A stretch of 64,000 nucleotides of DNA from Ascidiella aspersa (lineage: Eukaryota), in the NCBI GenBank assembly GCA_963924565.1, contig OZ004608.1, forward strand, positions 38,812,001-38,876,000, written 5' to 3'. Shown here one piece after another: positions 12,801 through 27,800 of this stretch. Below the pieces are notes generated by a model that searched no databases, was not told the DNA's origin, and saw only the letters and a program-made list of their open reading frames with translations. The position numbers were made by a program, and so were the translations under genes. Within the stretch, counting starts at the first letter, position 1. Every line of letters begins with the position of its first letter.

Positions 12801-15800
12801 ACGTGATGTCGTGACGTGGCAGCCTACCTCTCATCCGACCCCCCACTGTTGCTGTCTGCGTCGATAAATAAACCCCTGGTCCCACGTGGTTTGTTGCTGA
12901 CTTGAATACAGGGAGCGAACGGTTCCATGTTTTTAACTTCTCCGTTTAAGGAAAGTTTTTAATATGATTTTTGTGTTAACGCTTATTGCTTTAAAACGCA
13001 GCGTCTTTCAAGCTTTTGTGCTAATTTTCACATTTGTGTTCGATAAAAATTTGTGTTTAATTTTTCGCGCCTTTGATGTGAAAATTAATAAGTCGTTTTA
13101 TTGAAAGAAGTCAACAAGATTTACTTTGCAGTCATGTGAGCTAGCTAATAAGGTACACAGGCATTGTTTCTCACTTTGGTGTACAAAGCAAAGCAAGGCA
13201 TGTTAAAAACGTACCCAAGTTGTTTAATTATGTCAACCAACAGGCAGTGGTGGGTTTCGTGACAAAATATGTCTTTAACAACATCAGCTGCACCAATTTG
13301 CACCTTTGCCTCTAGGGAGAACTGAGTTAGAATACCTCTTAAGTGATTTAACGTACGCTAGAATGACGTCATGGCAATAATAAAGGGAAAGTTGAAAGAA
13401 AACGAATTGTTTCCAATAAAGTTGCCACGGCCTTACACTTAAATAACGACAATAACAAATTGAAGCAAATATTCTTCCGATTTTTATGTACTAGTGAGTG
13501 ATTAGTCATTTTTCATTTTTGAAATGACTGACTTCGATTACGACAGAAAAATCCTAAGAATATTTGTGATATAGTTTTTGCCAAAACTTAAAAAAAGTTA
13601 AAGCATAAATGCGCTTTTAAACTCGCCCTAATGCGCAGTCCACGTTCATAAACCCAATGCAAGATCACAAAGCAGCGGTTTAAACGTTGCATTGCAGCCA
13701 AGTCAAGGGCGCCACTGTAGCATTTAAGCTCCAGCAGCGAGCAAATGTCAGTTGGGGTCAGCTGTAACCACGCATCTCCCGGTAGACCTGCCAGTATAAC
13801 TAACTATCCTTTCATGTTCAACGTCGCTGTAACCGGCTTATGAGCGGCAGGAAGATTTGTAGAAACTGCGCATATTCGGCACTGGCTGATTTGTTTTTCA
13901 GTTAGCTGAAAAGACAACTGATTCAATTTTAAACAAATTCTATTGGCTTTTATTACCCCAATTCATCTAAAAACTACAAAACAACATTTAAATATCTGAC
14001 CGTCCGCATTTAGCAGCCATTTACCCTAAACCGAAACCAATGGTCAGTGTTTACGATTTATTTGCACCCGGATTTTATTGTTCCTCTAGTTTTTGCGTTG
14101 CCAAGTGTTTTCGAGGGTCTTGTGCTGGTCTGTGTGTGGTGCCAGGGCGGGCGTGGTTCCACAGGCCACAAGACTCCCCTGGGATTCCATCCTAACCTCT
14201 CGGCGCCGGCCTGCTGTCGCCCTGCTCTCATCCGATGTATGCACGAGCAATTGTAGACTTAGAAAATAATGGCTGGAGGTTGTAGTTAGTTCAAACGTTT
14301 GCTAAACACTTTTTCTGTATAAATTTTAGGCATGTCGTGAGCTGAGGTTTATTTAAAGTGAAAGTATGTGAATAGTTTGGTCCTGTTGTCTACATATGCT
14401 GATTCATTGGAAGAATATATTTGAATAAAATTATAAAGATGTTCATTTATTGAAAATTGTGTTTTCTCTAGTCTATAATATATCGTAAAAGACCGTTATC
14501 ATTCAAATACGGTAGCAATGATGTTTGGTAAAATTGGAATTACAAAAGTACACGAAGTTCTGTTCCTTTACTCTGGCTCCTCAGCTGTAACCAATTGCAA
14601 GTTGTTTAACGTAATCCGTGACCTTTCAAGGTTAAATGTCAAGCAGCCACATCATGCCAATAAAATCTTATCGCTGATCTGTTTATAAAAACCCATATCC
14701 CGATCAAATGTTAGTTTCTTTGTATTGAGCTGTTTATATCCGCTTCTGCTTGGTCAGCCAAGTTCATGCGAACTTTCGGCCACGTTTTGCCGCAAATTGC
14801 ATCTTTCAACCCGCCTCATTATCCCGTCATTGTTGAGCGGAATGTGTCGTAACAATCTCCACTGTTCAAGCCATTGTTGAATCACGATTATTCCGGGAAA
14901 GTCTAAATAAGTCCGACTCGCCGACCTCCACCTATTTTGCTCCACACGTTTTGGCCGGCTGTTTGCCTATGAGGTCATAAAGGCAATTATGTCCCGCTTG
15001 TGCGTCATAGTGCTGCTACACAAACACGCGGAGCCCCCCGCAGTGAGGACATGATGTCAGTGTGGTTAAGGTCGCTGCCAAATACCATCCAAGTATCTCG
15101 CTTCGACTTCCGTCCATTGCTTGTATGTGCATTTGTGTGTGCTAGTTCTTGTGTAGCTTCTGCAGTTGATGGTTCTCTAGTTTTTCTAGTTTTTTTCTTG
15201 TTTTATGCGTTGAAATACGATGTTCGTTACCTGGCAGGGTTAAGTTTGCGATGTAAGTTGTTTAACACATTTTTTTCAGTCATTTTTCTAAAGCGTTCAG
15301 CTGACATTCACGATTTATAACTATGTTTAAATAAAAAAAATCACTTTATCCGAGCAATTTTTTTTTATTTCTCATATTTTTTTACCTGGGATCTGCTGTC
15401 TAACCGTCAGTTGATACTTTTGTTTTCACGAGTAGAACAATTATTTGAGTAAAATGTTTTGTTCCCCCTTGGGTGGATATAACTTTTAGAACATTCTATT
15501 GGCGCACAGTGTATGTTTAAAGGACAGCAATTGAAATATTTTTCTTTAAAAAGACAATCAGCAGATGATGACAAGACTTACCCGGTGGTTACACAACCTT
15601 GGTAGTCGGTATTTCACTTTAGGCTTTAATTCAATGAACGAAAGATGTAACGCGTTGTTAGTTATGAACTAGTAACGTTTGGTTTAGCCCACTGTTACAC
15701 TTAAAGTGTTTGAAAACGTTAATATAACACGGATCGGTTCTTATTTTAATCAAAGTACATAAAATAAATTCGATGGTCAAATTATCCCGTATTGATTGAG

Positions 15801-18800
15801 CCAGTCTGTTATGTCGATGTTTTAAGGAATGCACTTCAATACCAGTCAGGGTTGTATAGAGCTCGCATCATTTGTACAGATACATCCGAACACTTTCTAC
15901 AGCAATGTTTGAATAAGGTGAACTTATGAATGGTGTTTGGCTTTTTACGATGGCTGTCAGTTCGAGCCTTAAAGTCGTAGGTTGTGAATATGGTTGGATA
16001 TTGGAGAAAGCTTGTAAGCTGTGAATCTCTTGTCAGTAAACGAAATAGCCTTGAAAGAGTATTAAACCCAATACAGAAGTAGGTAGCATTTTGTAAACGT
16101 TTCCAATGAATCTTAAGATAATGGATGTAGTTAGAAGAGGTTGTAGTTAGATTTAGAATGAATATCAAAGCCCATACAGAAGTAGGTAGCATTTTGTAAA
16201 CGTTTCCAGTATCTCTTTATTCTTTTTCAACAATGGTGGCCAACCAAATAAGACCTTTCTGTTTTGCAAACTACAACAGCCAAATAGTTGATTCTGTTCT
16301 GCAAAGTATAGCACACATAAAGGCAAGACAAGGTTGTTCGAGATTATTTCGGCCGGATACCAAGGCAAATGCTTTTTCGGTTTCAGCACTTACTGCAATT
16401 TCTCTGCTGTTGGTACATGAAGGATATATTTTGAGAGACTGGTTCGTCAAAACACCTTAAAAATATAATTAAAAATCAGGCTGCTCTCAAAATAGCCACA
16501 TAACGAACGTGAGCAGGGTTGCGAAGTCAATTTGCCTCGCTATTCCAAGCACCTCCAATCAATGTTGTGATTTATCGCTGTTAATTCCAAACTCCAAACT
16601 CGCGGCCACATTTCTCCAATCCCGACAATTCATCGATCCCGATTATTACGGCCGCACATTTTCACGACTCGCCCCTCCTGTCGCCGAAACAATCCTCGCT
16701 CTGTGACGCGACAATAGCGAGCGCGAGAAGCTGGAAGGCGATCGATCGCGTCTCTCCTGTGAGCGAACAATGCCCCGGGCCGCACGACAATCGATGGCGG
16801 CGATCGACGCGATAACCTTTCGAGCAGGATGCAGCTTGCTAATGTTGCCAGGTCGCTCTTCCTCGCCCATGCTTGTTTGTAAGCTGCTATGCTTATATGC
16901 TGCTGTGCTTATGTGCTGATGTGCTTGTATGCTTATATGCTGGCATGCTTGAGTGTTGTTGCCAAACCTGCTAGTTTTAATCGAGCATATTGGCTGGAGG
17001 TTTTAGTTGGACGTAAAATAAATATCAAAGCCCATACATGAGTAGGCAGCATTTTGTGATTTTTTCCAATAGTTTTTCCCCCGGAGGTTGTACCTAGACG
17101 TAGATTGATACCAAACCCATTTATATGGAATAAGCATTTTGTAAACGTTTCGAATAACTCTAAAAAAATATTGGTTGGAGGTTGTAGTTAGACGTAGAAT
17201 GAAGATAAAATCCATTTCGATGGAGACTGCATTTTGTGAACGCTTCGAGTCAATCTTTATTGATTTTTTAACACTTCACTATGGGCATTGATATTCTTAA
17301 TGCATTTAGTCCCACTGTTTTGTGGAAATATGGAAAAATGCAGGTGTTTCAAAATGCAATATGGTTAGGTTTGATGAGGTATTTCAAAACAAACGCAAGA
17401 TTTGCAAAGAACTGGTTGTGTATATTTTGAGAGGCCGTTACAGCACTGTATTAACATCATGTTTAGAACCCGAAAATAAGCCAGGAATTTACGCCAAATG
17501 TTTAGGCCTAGCAGTCAGGGTTTGACTGAGGGCAAAGTTTGCAAAATACCATTTGCGTGAGTGATTTCATTTTTTGCCGCCAGTGCGACGCAAGATTAGA
17601 TGATAATTTACAGCAACTTAAATCTAAGCTGCATACACATATCCTCGTGCAGTTAGACAAATTTTGCTAGAAAGACCTTTGTTTAAGATCCTCTTATTTG
17701 TTCGCCAAATACATTTTTCGCTATATTTACAGCCGATTAAATTCAAGCTGCATACACTTATGCCCCGTACAATAACCAAAGTATGCAATTCGGTAGACGA
17801 ATACGCGACACAACCGTGTGTACTAAACTGCAGGGTAGACGATGGTAAACCCCCGTTGTGCAAAGACAGGCTGCGTAAGCTTCCATTCGTGTTTGAAGGC
17901 GACAAAAATAGCAGGCCATGATTTGTTTTCTGACGCAGCGCTCTAACCAAGTGAATTTGCATCTGAGCGCTGATTGAGGATTGCTCGTCATGGGAGTTAC
18001 TCCATGATCATAGTGCTGGGATACACGTACGCACAACCAGTCACCCAATGCCCGCTATATGAGGTTCAAGGGTCACTTTAGTAGTACTTGAAATTATTCT
18101 AGGGTTACGTTTAATTCCATAACTTTTCAACTTGCTACGCCATTTAGGTTAAAATGTATCAAAGAAGCTACAAAGCAAATATCAAAAATAATTTGAATAT
18201 CTCTCATTACTTATTTTGGGCGTCATAAACGGCAAGGTTAGTGCGACCACCTTTGTTGGGAACCACTGGAGAAAAGTGTGTTTTAAGGCCTTTGTTTTGC
18301 ATTTATAGTTTTAATTGAATATATCGAAAGAAAGGAAAAGCCTAACTTGATAATTTGATAGATAGAACAGTAAAATTAATGTTGGCCTACTTGTAACATT
18401 TTAAGAAACAAACCTAGTTAATAAACCTAGTTATGAGTTCTGGGTAGGTGTTCCATTGAAGAAATTCGATTTAAAATAAATGAAAAATGCCAACTCTACA
18501 CTCTATACCTCTCAAGGTGCCAAGGAACTCAACCTTGCTATTAGAGGCTTTCGCTTACAGTTAGAAACCCTCAAAACCACCAATTTAATCCCACCACCTC
18601 GTGCCCAGCAGACCGTGACGCCCCTCGGTCACGCACCAATGCACACAAGCCCCTCGATCTTGTGGTCATGCTTGGTTGACCCCGGCGTATTTGAACAAAA
18701 GCTTTGGGTTGAAACGGGTTTAGCTTATTTATCACTGGTGGAAATATTTTAAGCGAACAGATGAGATACTGAATCGTTTTGTTTAATTTGTGGGCGTTGA

Positions 18801-21800
18801 AAAGGGTGAAAGATCGACCGATATCATAGTTTTGAACCGATGTCTGTTTGTTTTGTATACCTTGGATATGACAATAATTTTAATCAATTGAAAATTAAAT
18901 GCTTACAGCAATGAGTTTATCTAACTATTTGGCAATACAGCTCTTTTTTGTATATTTCTTTTATATAATGCTAGACACTGTAAACTAAAAACTATGCTAA
19001 ATCAGTCAGCAATTATAATATGAACAACTCACTAATTTGCAAGTTCAAGAAATAAAAAAGTTGTTCGTTTTGATGGCAGAGGTGAAGATAAAAACAAAGA
19101 GTGTTTGAAAATCAAAAAAATGCGACCCAGAAGTGTTTATATAGAATATAAATACAAATTAGTGCAGAGCACTTTCTTTACCATAGCAAGTGAAACGTTT
19201 GCATATTTAGCTTCAAATGATACAAGGGGGTGCAATGTACAGCACTACAGAAAGGCACGAAATACCCAGGGTTCAATCAGGTTTGTCTGGCAGCCCAGTT
19301 TAACCCTTCCATCACAGCAAGTAACTTGCTAGCAACGTCGTTCGTGCGGAGCAGTAGTACGTGAGGGATTTACAAACTCAAGGGTGCCTGAGTTCAGTTT
19401 GTAGCTGCCCAAAAACGTCACGGCTTAGTGCCAGAAAGGCGAACCTGAGTTTGGAAAACACCAAGGAAAAGTCTGCTGCAGCAATTATTCGGCTGGTATC
19501 TTTACCGATTTCAAATTAGTTTGGACTTGGCAGTCATGGTTTGCAATCTAACAGGGCGGTTTCTTCGAGATTGGAATTATACATTTTCCAAGGTATTTCA
19601 TGTCGGGATGTAAGCATTTACTTATCAACCCTGAAAACGTTACGTTTGAGTTAGATTTATTTTTATTATTTGAGCATAGTTAGGACGTCATCAAAATGTC
19701 AAAAATACTATTTGTTATACGTTAAACTTTTTGCGAGCCCTTCAAAAACAGCTTTCTCGTTTCGACAAACAACTTTGAAACACCGGCGCATAACTTGCTG
19801 TGTTGCTTACATCCGATAAGCGGTGGGCGTGCGGGGGGGAGGGGATTGTGACGTCATAGAAACCCGATCGTGATCGATCCCTCGATTTCCTGTGTTCGGA
19901 ACGTCAGGCGTGCGGGGAGGAGATGATTGATTTTCCCCGGAACGTGCAGAGGCGCTAGACAGGTTTAGGCTTTTTAGCTTTATTGGAGACTTTTCGACCA
20001 AAATATTGATACTGGAAGTCATTTTTTTTATTTTCAAAAAAGTTTTCTTGTGTGAATTAACAACTTGAGGTTGATATTTTCGATTTACTTTTACGTTTAC
20101 AAAAAAAGCTCCTTTTAAGTTTCAATACAAAACCTAAGGTTTTAAAAGGTTTTACTTTTTGAACAGGGGGATGTGTGACAAAAAAACAAAATGATAAATA
20201 GTGCGTCAGGTTTTGGTGTCGACAGAATGTGATATATACGTTCAAGCTTACTTAACACCAGTTAGCCAGCATGTCACTTTCGGCAGCCTTCCATATTTGC
20301 AGGGGCAAGTCGTGCTTTGCATGTCGTTCACATGCTGTTAATAGAACACAGCACCGCATTATGGAGGACTCTAAATAGCTTGTCATTTAGCAGCGTATAT
20401 TTACCACCGCTTCATTTATAGGCATCATGCAGACATTGCTAAGCAAGCGTGTCATGTTTCCTGATGGGGCACTTTCTTCTGTTAGACGTCATTACGGTTG
20501 CTTACCGCGTCATTGTGACATGTCCTTGGTTTTGACATACATGTGCAATTGTGGATGCTTGGCCATATCATTGGTTGCCCACTGTGATGTAAATTTTAGG
20601 CCAGTTCATAATTTTGTTTTCCCTAATAATGTTAATTATTTTTTCTGTTTATAATGTCAATTTTATTTCTTTGATGTCACGGGTTCAATCCCGGCATCTC
20701 CAATGTTCTACTTGGTATATTTTCTTAAAACAATTATATGTTAGTGACACTTAATTCAATTAAAAATGAAACTCAACTTAGCATTGCAGGATTTAAAACA
20801 TTTTTTAACATAGTTTAATTGTTTATACGGGCCAAAATTTTATTTTCGGGACATTTCTTGTTTGTTTTTTTTTGGTTGTTTTTTATTAACAAACATTTTA
20901 GCTGCATAATGTTATTTTATAAAGCCAAGTGTTTCAAGGTCAACCGTCATGACCTTCGTTCAAAATCCTGCTTTTTTCCAGCAAGCTCTTATTGCTGGGA
21001 GCGTTTCTAACTCCGTAAATACACAGCACCAGATATAGGCGCTTTATCTTTGTTTACTGGTGGCTGTTTACAGCATTTGAACCGCAGCTTTTAAATACAA
21101 ACTTCTACTTAAGAACCAGTAGGTCTCTTTTTTCTTCTGTCTACAACTTGGTTCGCCACGCAAGTTATAAATATTTATTAGCTCATATTTTAACCAGTGT
21201 GTAACATTTTGCGGTCGACCTGAAGTTAAGCCCGCTTTAGGACCGAAGCTGCGCGACTGATTATCTTTTTGTCTTTCTTACGCACTTCAGTCCTATTTGT
21301 AATCTCTCAAACAGAGCCTTATTTTCTTCTCATTTTTATAAAACTAAAAACAAATTGTCTAGCGTTAAGTTTCAGGGCGAAAATAAGCGACACAGTTGAT
21401 ATATTTTGTAATATTGACGAGCTTACGCACAACCGTGCTTTATCAAGTTAGAGCAAAAATAAAGGTGATTAAAATACACACGAAGTAGAAGCACAAGCGC
21501 ACAGAACAATATTGCAACTTGCTTGTTTTCCAAAAAATACAAATCTAGCGTTAACCAAGATTTTTGATAAATCGAAGCCTATAAAACACTTTATTTTACG
21601 ATCAACCAAATAAAACAGGACCTATGTGTTAATCACTGGTTTATACAAGATAGTTAAAAAAAATACTTTTTTTTTGCGAAATGCTTAGAATTAAGCTTTT
21701 CGCGATGCCTAGCCAAGCGTGTCGCCGACGTCATCACAAAGGGCAATTGTGAACGAACAAAGGCAATCGAGCGGCTTACCAAAGCAGCAATATCGCATTT

Positions 21801-24800
21801 GCCTCGTGGCTTCCTTTGTGACCTTGCCCCGCTCACGTGCCCTTCACGCCCCGCTGCACACGGCTCTATGCTTGACTTGATTCTCTGTTGGTCTGTGGTG
21901 GTGCGGATGAGGGCAAATAAAGCAGTTTGTCGCTGTTTTTTCAATTGGCTTGGCGCTATATGTTTACCCACAATATAATCTACCGCGTAGCATTTCTACA
22001 TATTTTACAGTTTTTTTTCCGATTATTAAAATTTGCTGGTAAAGCATCATATTCACTTTTGCCTACAAGTTATTTCCAACGTAACATGCAAGTTGCTATG
22101 CTGAAGTTTAGCGAGTTTATAAATCGTGTTCGAACCATGACAAGATTGCGCTCCAATTATCTTGAACCACCAAACCCTTCGGTTTCTTTGTGAAACGAGC
22201 ACAAACGTAAACAAATGCTTTTGTATTTTGCCCGCGGCGCCTCAATTCACAAAAGGCCGCAAAACGTTTGAACATTCATCGAGTAGTAACTTGGAATTCA
22301 AAAGCTTCTGAAAGTTGTAGGAAAGGGCCAGAAGCAGGAGAAAAAAATTGTAAAAAATGCTCGTTTTACATTAATTCAGAAAATATAAAAATGAAAATAT
22401 GCACTTTACAAATATGTAAGATTTTTTTTACTAAACTGCTTCGTTATTTTTAAAATTTTAATTTTTTTTAGTAAGCATGTAAGCATACCCATTTCCAGGC
22501 CTGTTTAAATAATCCCAATGGTTCGCTCGCCAAATATTTGTTCACAACACTAAAAAATGTTCATTAGGTAGTTTGCTATCAAATGTGAAACTGTCATAAA
22601 AAAGGCTTCGATTTTCATCCAAAAACTTTGTAAGAAACCGCCTTCCCACTTTATTACCCTTGTTCAAATAATCGCAGTTGCCTCAATGTTTGGCCGCGAC
22701 ACAAGTGCTCGGTTCAAACACGGCACCTTATCAGTCCGATCAAGCTTACAAGTCTCACTGCTTGAGCTGGTTTGTCGATATCAGCAGCAGATTGCCTTAC
22801 AGGAAGCTGTACAAGCTGCAATCGACCGTCGGTTGCGGCCTTACGGGTAAACTGGCAACATAAATACTCTAAGCTGTTTGCAGAGGCTAGGATTGTAAAA
22901 CTTCATTTTTTTCGTGATTGACTTACTTTATAAGTCAGAAGAACCCCTTTATAATTATATAATGCCTGGCAGCAACAGTATATTCATTAAATTATTTTGT
23001 TTTTTGTATGGTCATAATATTTGATAGTTTGCTAAACCCAAAAAAAGTTAGCCTTACAGAAAAAAGTTCGGTCAAAATTCTCACAAATTGCTGTCAAATA
23101 AAAAAACGATATTTTTTTGGCGTGTAGTCTTACTGTATTTCTTTTGGCGTCTTCCTAAATGTATTTCTATTGCTGTAAGCTTTCCTTGTACATCTGATGC
23201 TTGTCACTTTCTCCGGACACAAGCGCCAACATTTGTTCTCGCATCGAGGTCAACTAGGTTTACCTGACGTCATCATGCCTAGACACGCGGTGACGTCACT
23301 TGTCACGCATGAGTGATTCGCATGGGCCACTTCCGCAGGAACTATTCTCGCAGCAGCCGCTTCCGCGTATTGTGAGCATAGCGGCGGAATGCGAGGTGCT
23401 TGCGACATAATGTGCCTTGTTAATGAGTTATAGGCGGTTTAAATAGGTTCTTAGCCCTGGGGGACGAAGTGCTGTTTTAAAGGCGATTTGATGAACTTTG
23501 TGGTTTGAATATTGCGATAAAATCTTGGTAAACAGACTTCTTGCAACTAGGAATATTCAAGCCTATACAGAAGTAGAAAGCATTTTGTGAACGTTTCGCC
23601 AATTTATTTGTTCATTTTCAACATGGTCATGTTGGCTTTGCTATTCCCACTACGTTCGACTAAACACTGATTTCACATGTGAGCGACGAATATGCAGCTG
23701 TTTACTGAAACATGATGATAGGTCGTCTTATATTAGTTCGGAATGATGGTTCAAAGAAGCACACAGTGCAGTTGTTGGTGTTTTATTAAGGGACAAAATC
23801 TCAAAATATAGGCCACCAATGTATTTACGGCAGATAATTAGCAGTTAGTACTAAAATGAAAAAAAGATTGCGGTTCTTTGAAAGCTCTTAATACATCACA
23901 CCAAAACGTGTAAAACAGCAGTTAAAAATAAAAAAGACAGTTGAGAACAGCGTGAAAATACAGCGAAAAACTCCACAACTTTCCGTGCAGCGTGTAGTGT
24001 TGCTCTGTGCGTGGTTTCAGCTTGCTTCAAACTCAACCAGGCTTCACAGCATTTACACGAGGTTGTGTGCTGTGGTTCACACAAGTCGTTGAAGTATGTT
24101 TCCAGAAAGTCGAGCCGCACCAAACAATGGCAGGATTAAACCGCTTACTCGGCAAATGTTAAATTACTATATTGCAGTGTTGCTTGGCTTGTTCCGTTGT
24201 ACCCAGTTTACAAGGGAACGAAACGGCTGTACACGTTAAAGCCTCGTTCTACGTCTACTGTAACTTACGGTCATTTTTGGTAACTTGCTTATTTTGTTTT
24301 TATGCTTTACCAGTTTTTTTTTCTTATAGGTTAAACCAGTGTTTCTTAACCCATCAGTCTCATACCAAAAATGTGCCGCGTTAGATTTAGTTGGCTCGCA
24401 AGGTTTTATCTGAATGGATTCAGTGAGATCGGTTGTAAACAAGATTGCTCCAATACTTGGGAAAATTGCGGAGACGTGGATCATACTATTTGAATTTAAA
24501 CTCAATATTGCTAATTTCTTATGTTTTGTTCGCTAACAAAAATTTCAGTAAAGAAGATAGGGTTTACAAAGCCCAAGCTTTGTAACAACTATGAAAACAG
24601 TTAGGCTTACGCAACTGTTAAAACAAAATTATGATCAAAGGTAACCAACAAGGAAGGCGATGAAGTCACTCTGCTTGTGAGTGACAAGATTAGCGCTATT
24701 TGTTTTACTTTGTGCTAATGTTGGCGTAATGCAATTCAACAAACCCTAGTTTGGGCACAGTATGACCATGTTCGAAACCCCGGCACTTACTCTCTGCGCT

Positions 24801-27800
24801 GAAGAGAGGATATCAAGTGGACTTATAGCGCAAGTTGAGCGTCAAATTGCGGTGAAAGTTCACTTTTGATTCTTTTATCAAAAGGTTGGCTGTCGTCTCT
24901 AAAATAAACCCAGGTTACTTTGGCCTAATCAGACTTGACGCTCACAAGAGCTTACAGGGCACATTAGGAAAGCTAATTAGATTAGCTTATTGCCGGATTA
25001 CCTGCCATGCAACACACCACTGCGAGGTAACTGTGTTTGCGGGCAGAAAAGGCTTTAGGCATCCAACTTGGTACAGAGCTTTTAAATCAAAGAGCAAAAA
25101 ATTGTTTTTTTGACTTGCCACGCAAAATAGATTATTATCAATCGGAAAACTACATTTTAATTAGATATAGTACATCTCTCCAAAACAGTGGTTCATAATC
25201 AGATTGCTGTTTATAATACTTTATGTAATCAACAAAGCACTATTCGTTGAAATTTGTCATATGTTATATTTTTTTCTTCGTCTCATTATTCGTTAAGCTT
25301 CTTGATTACTTCAAAATATAACAGTTTAATTATTTCAATTAAACTGTACAAATACTTGAGTATTTGTTCGTTAAAAGAGCGGTGGCACTGGTCTGGACCA
25401 CGTTATGTATGATCAAAGATACGAGTTGTCAAAATGATATTGAAAGAAAGAAGTAATATTTAAGAATAAATATAATATTAATACTTGACCCACCTAAACC
25501 CAAATGCTAAATCTCACCCTAATCCAAATATTGTTACTTGTTAGCAATATAAACCCCGGACGAAAATGTTGTAGTATTCTAGACCAGCGCCGTAGCTCCA
25601 TTTTAAACTCTCCCACTTTTAGAAAATTGTGTTTTTTACAAGCAACGCACAATCGAAGCGAGTCTCTGTTGACACAAGCCGGCTGAAAACGGCTTAAAGA
25701 GGCCACGGCATCGCGCACAAGCCAAGTGCTGGCAGAGAAAACCGCATTCCCCGCACAGCTCCAGCCTCACGATAAGCCCACGCCTCCCTCTTGGGCGGCT
25801 GGCGGCCAAAAATAATCGCGCCCATGTCTGCTACGCGTGCGTGTGTGTGCTGCGCGTGCGCGCGCGTCTGTGTGTGCCCGCCGACGTGGTTTTGCCTGGA
25901 CGCTTGGATAGAGACGTCTCGTCGAACGTTATGCCGCTTGCTTGCTCATTTTACTGGCGGCCGCCCTCTCTTTTGCTGGGCTGGCTTTATGCTGTTGTTT
26001 TAAACGTTTCGGGATATTCTGCCGAGGCCTGCGCGAGTTGTAAGGGAGTAGTCGTTAATGTTTGCAGCTGTGAGTAAGGTTTTTAAAGTTTTCTGCCGTA
26101 GTTTTTATTTTCACCTTACCTTGAAAGATGTTTTTAAGCTGTTTATCAAGATTGTAAGACGCTTGTTAAATTATGGCATGAGAGAGTGTAACAATAATAG
26201 TTTAATAATCTGTAATGGTTTGTGTAAGGCTAACAATGGATACTATAGAATAGATCAATACGGAAATAGTGTACACTGTTGAAGCGTTCGAGTAAAACAA
26301 TGCGCATTTCAACGTAACAATAAGAGCTGTGTTGAGTTACAGTTGGTTTGTTACAAATTTCCCGCAGGCAAACGTTGCTAGTAGCTGGTTGAAATAGGCT
26401 GCTTTAGTCGCACAGCAGAGCGCGTTTCAAGTAAGCCAAGCTAGTTGTTTGCGCGTCGCTTCTTCCACTAAAGCATGGCGTGGTTCGAAAGTTAAGCAGT
26501 TGGTTCACCCACCTACGCACACGCTGCTTAATTGCCTGGCTCGCTTTATTGACTGAACCACTTCAAAAGGATTATTTTCCAACTTGTGTATAGTTTTAGA
26601 AGCAATTAACTTTTGAATAATTCTGTGGCCAATTTGAATTGTTTTGAATATTGTAACTTGTTCCATTTTTACACCATTTTGAAGTGGTAAATGTTGCTGT
26701 TTATCTCAAATAATTAACCTTGATCAATTTTAATGTGTTACTAATTTCTTAGAATAACCACAAAGACATCACCAAGATGAAACAAATTTTACATGCAACT
26801 TAAATAGACTTTTACTTGGGACATTGGGCTTTTCAAACAGAAGTAGGTAGCATTTTGTAAAGACTTTTTTGGATATGTATCACCCATGTTCAATTCCCAC
26901 CAAAAAGCTCCACAGTCCCACCTACTTTCCCCGCTCAGCTCGTATCCCGTGGTTAAGCGATCATAGGTTGGATGCACTCGAACCCACCCACAGGTCAGTG
27001 TGCGCACATGCGCGCACACACACCGCTTGTTTTGCGTCTGCGGCTTGCGCATAGCGGAGTCCTTCCTGTAGCGCGGCGGTTGGTCTATGTTGGGATTTTA
27101 CAACGTGCCAGCAATCCCAACCCTAAAGCACATACTCACATGGAACTGGCATTTTACCTTATTTTGTTTGAATAATTGGAATTTTTTTGATAATGTCTTG
27201 TTGGTTTTACTTGCTGGAACTCGAAAATAATTTTTGCAATTTTTTTCTAATACAGACAGTTCCAAGTGGTGTTTAGCTTCCCATATGTTTAACCTTGATT
27301 TGTGCTTCGTTTGTCGTGTTTAAAATACTAAAATTAGCTTGCAATTTCAGCAGACTGTATTTTTGACCAACCTTAACACAATTTGTCAAATATATTGTTA
27401 GCTTTTAATGTTTTCAGCCAGCAATTTCTAAACTTTACTTTTTGACAGCTAATTCTAAACCTACATTATTCTTTCAGGGTTTAATACTGAAATCATGATA
27501 ATTAGGTAACAATTTTGACATTTATATAGTTTGATATGTAAACAAGGCATCATCATACGTTGTAACTTGTCTTCTGTGGATTTTCGTCCGAATACGCTTC
27601 CAACTCCAAACCCTCGTTCCAGTCGTTCTCCACTTGCACCTTTTAACGACGCACATTTTCACGCCCGCCACGGCGCCGCGATTGACGTCAGAGCTGGGCT
27701 TTTGTGCGAGGCGCGATGAACAAAGAGAGAAGCGCGCGCGTCTGTTTGTTGCCCCAGCTCGGCACACTTGGACGCCTTTCAATGCGCAACGAGCCACCAT

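Noticed and set aside
16056-17300. Repeated units with variable intervening sequence resembling a CRISPR array
   Set aside because: Units are ~100 nt, degenerate, dispersed through spliceosomal introns with inverted arms; no unique spacers or cas genes; eukaryotic context.
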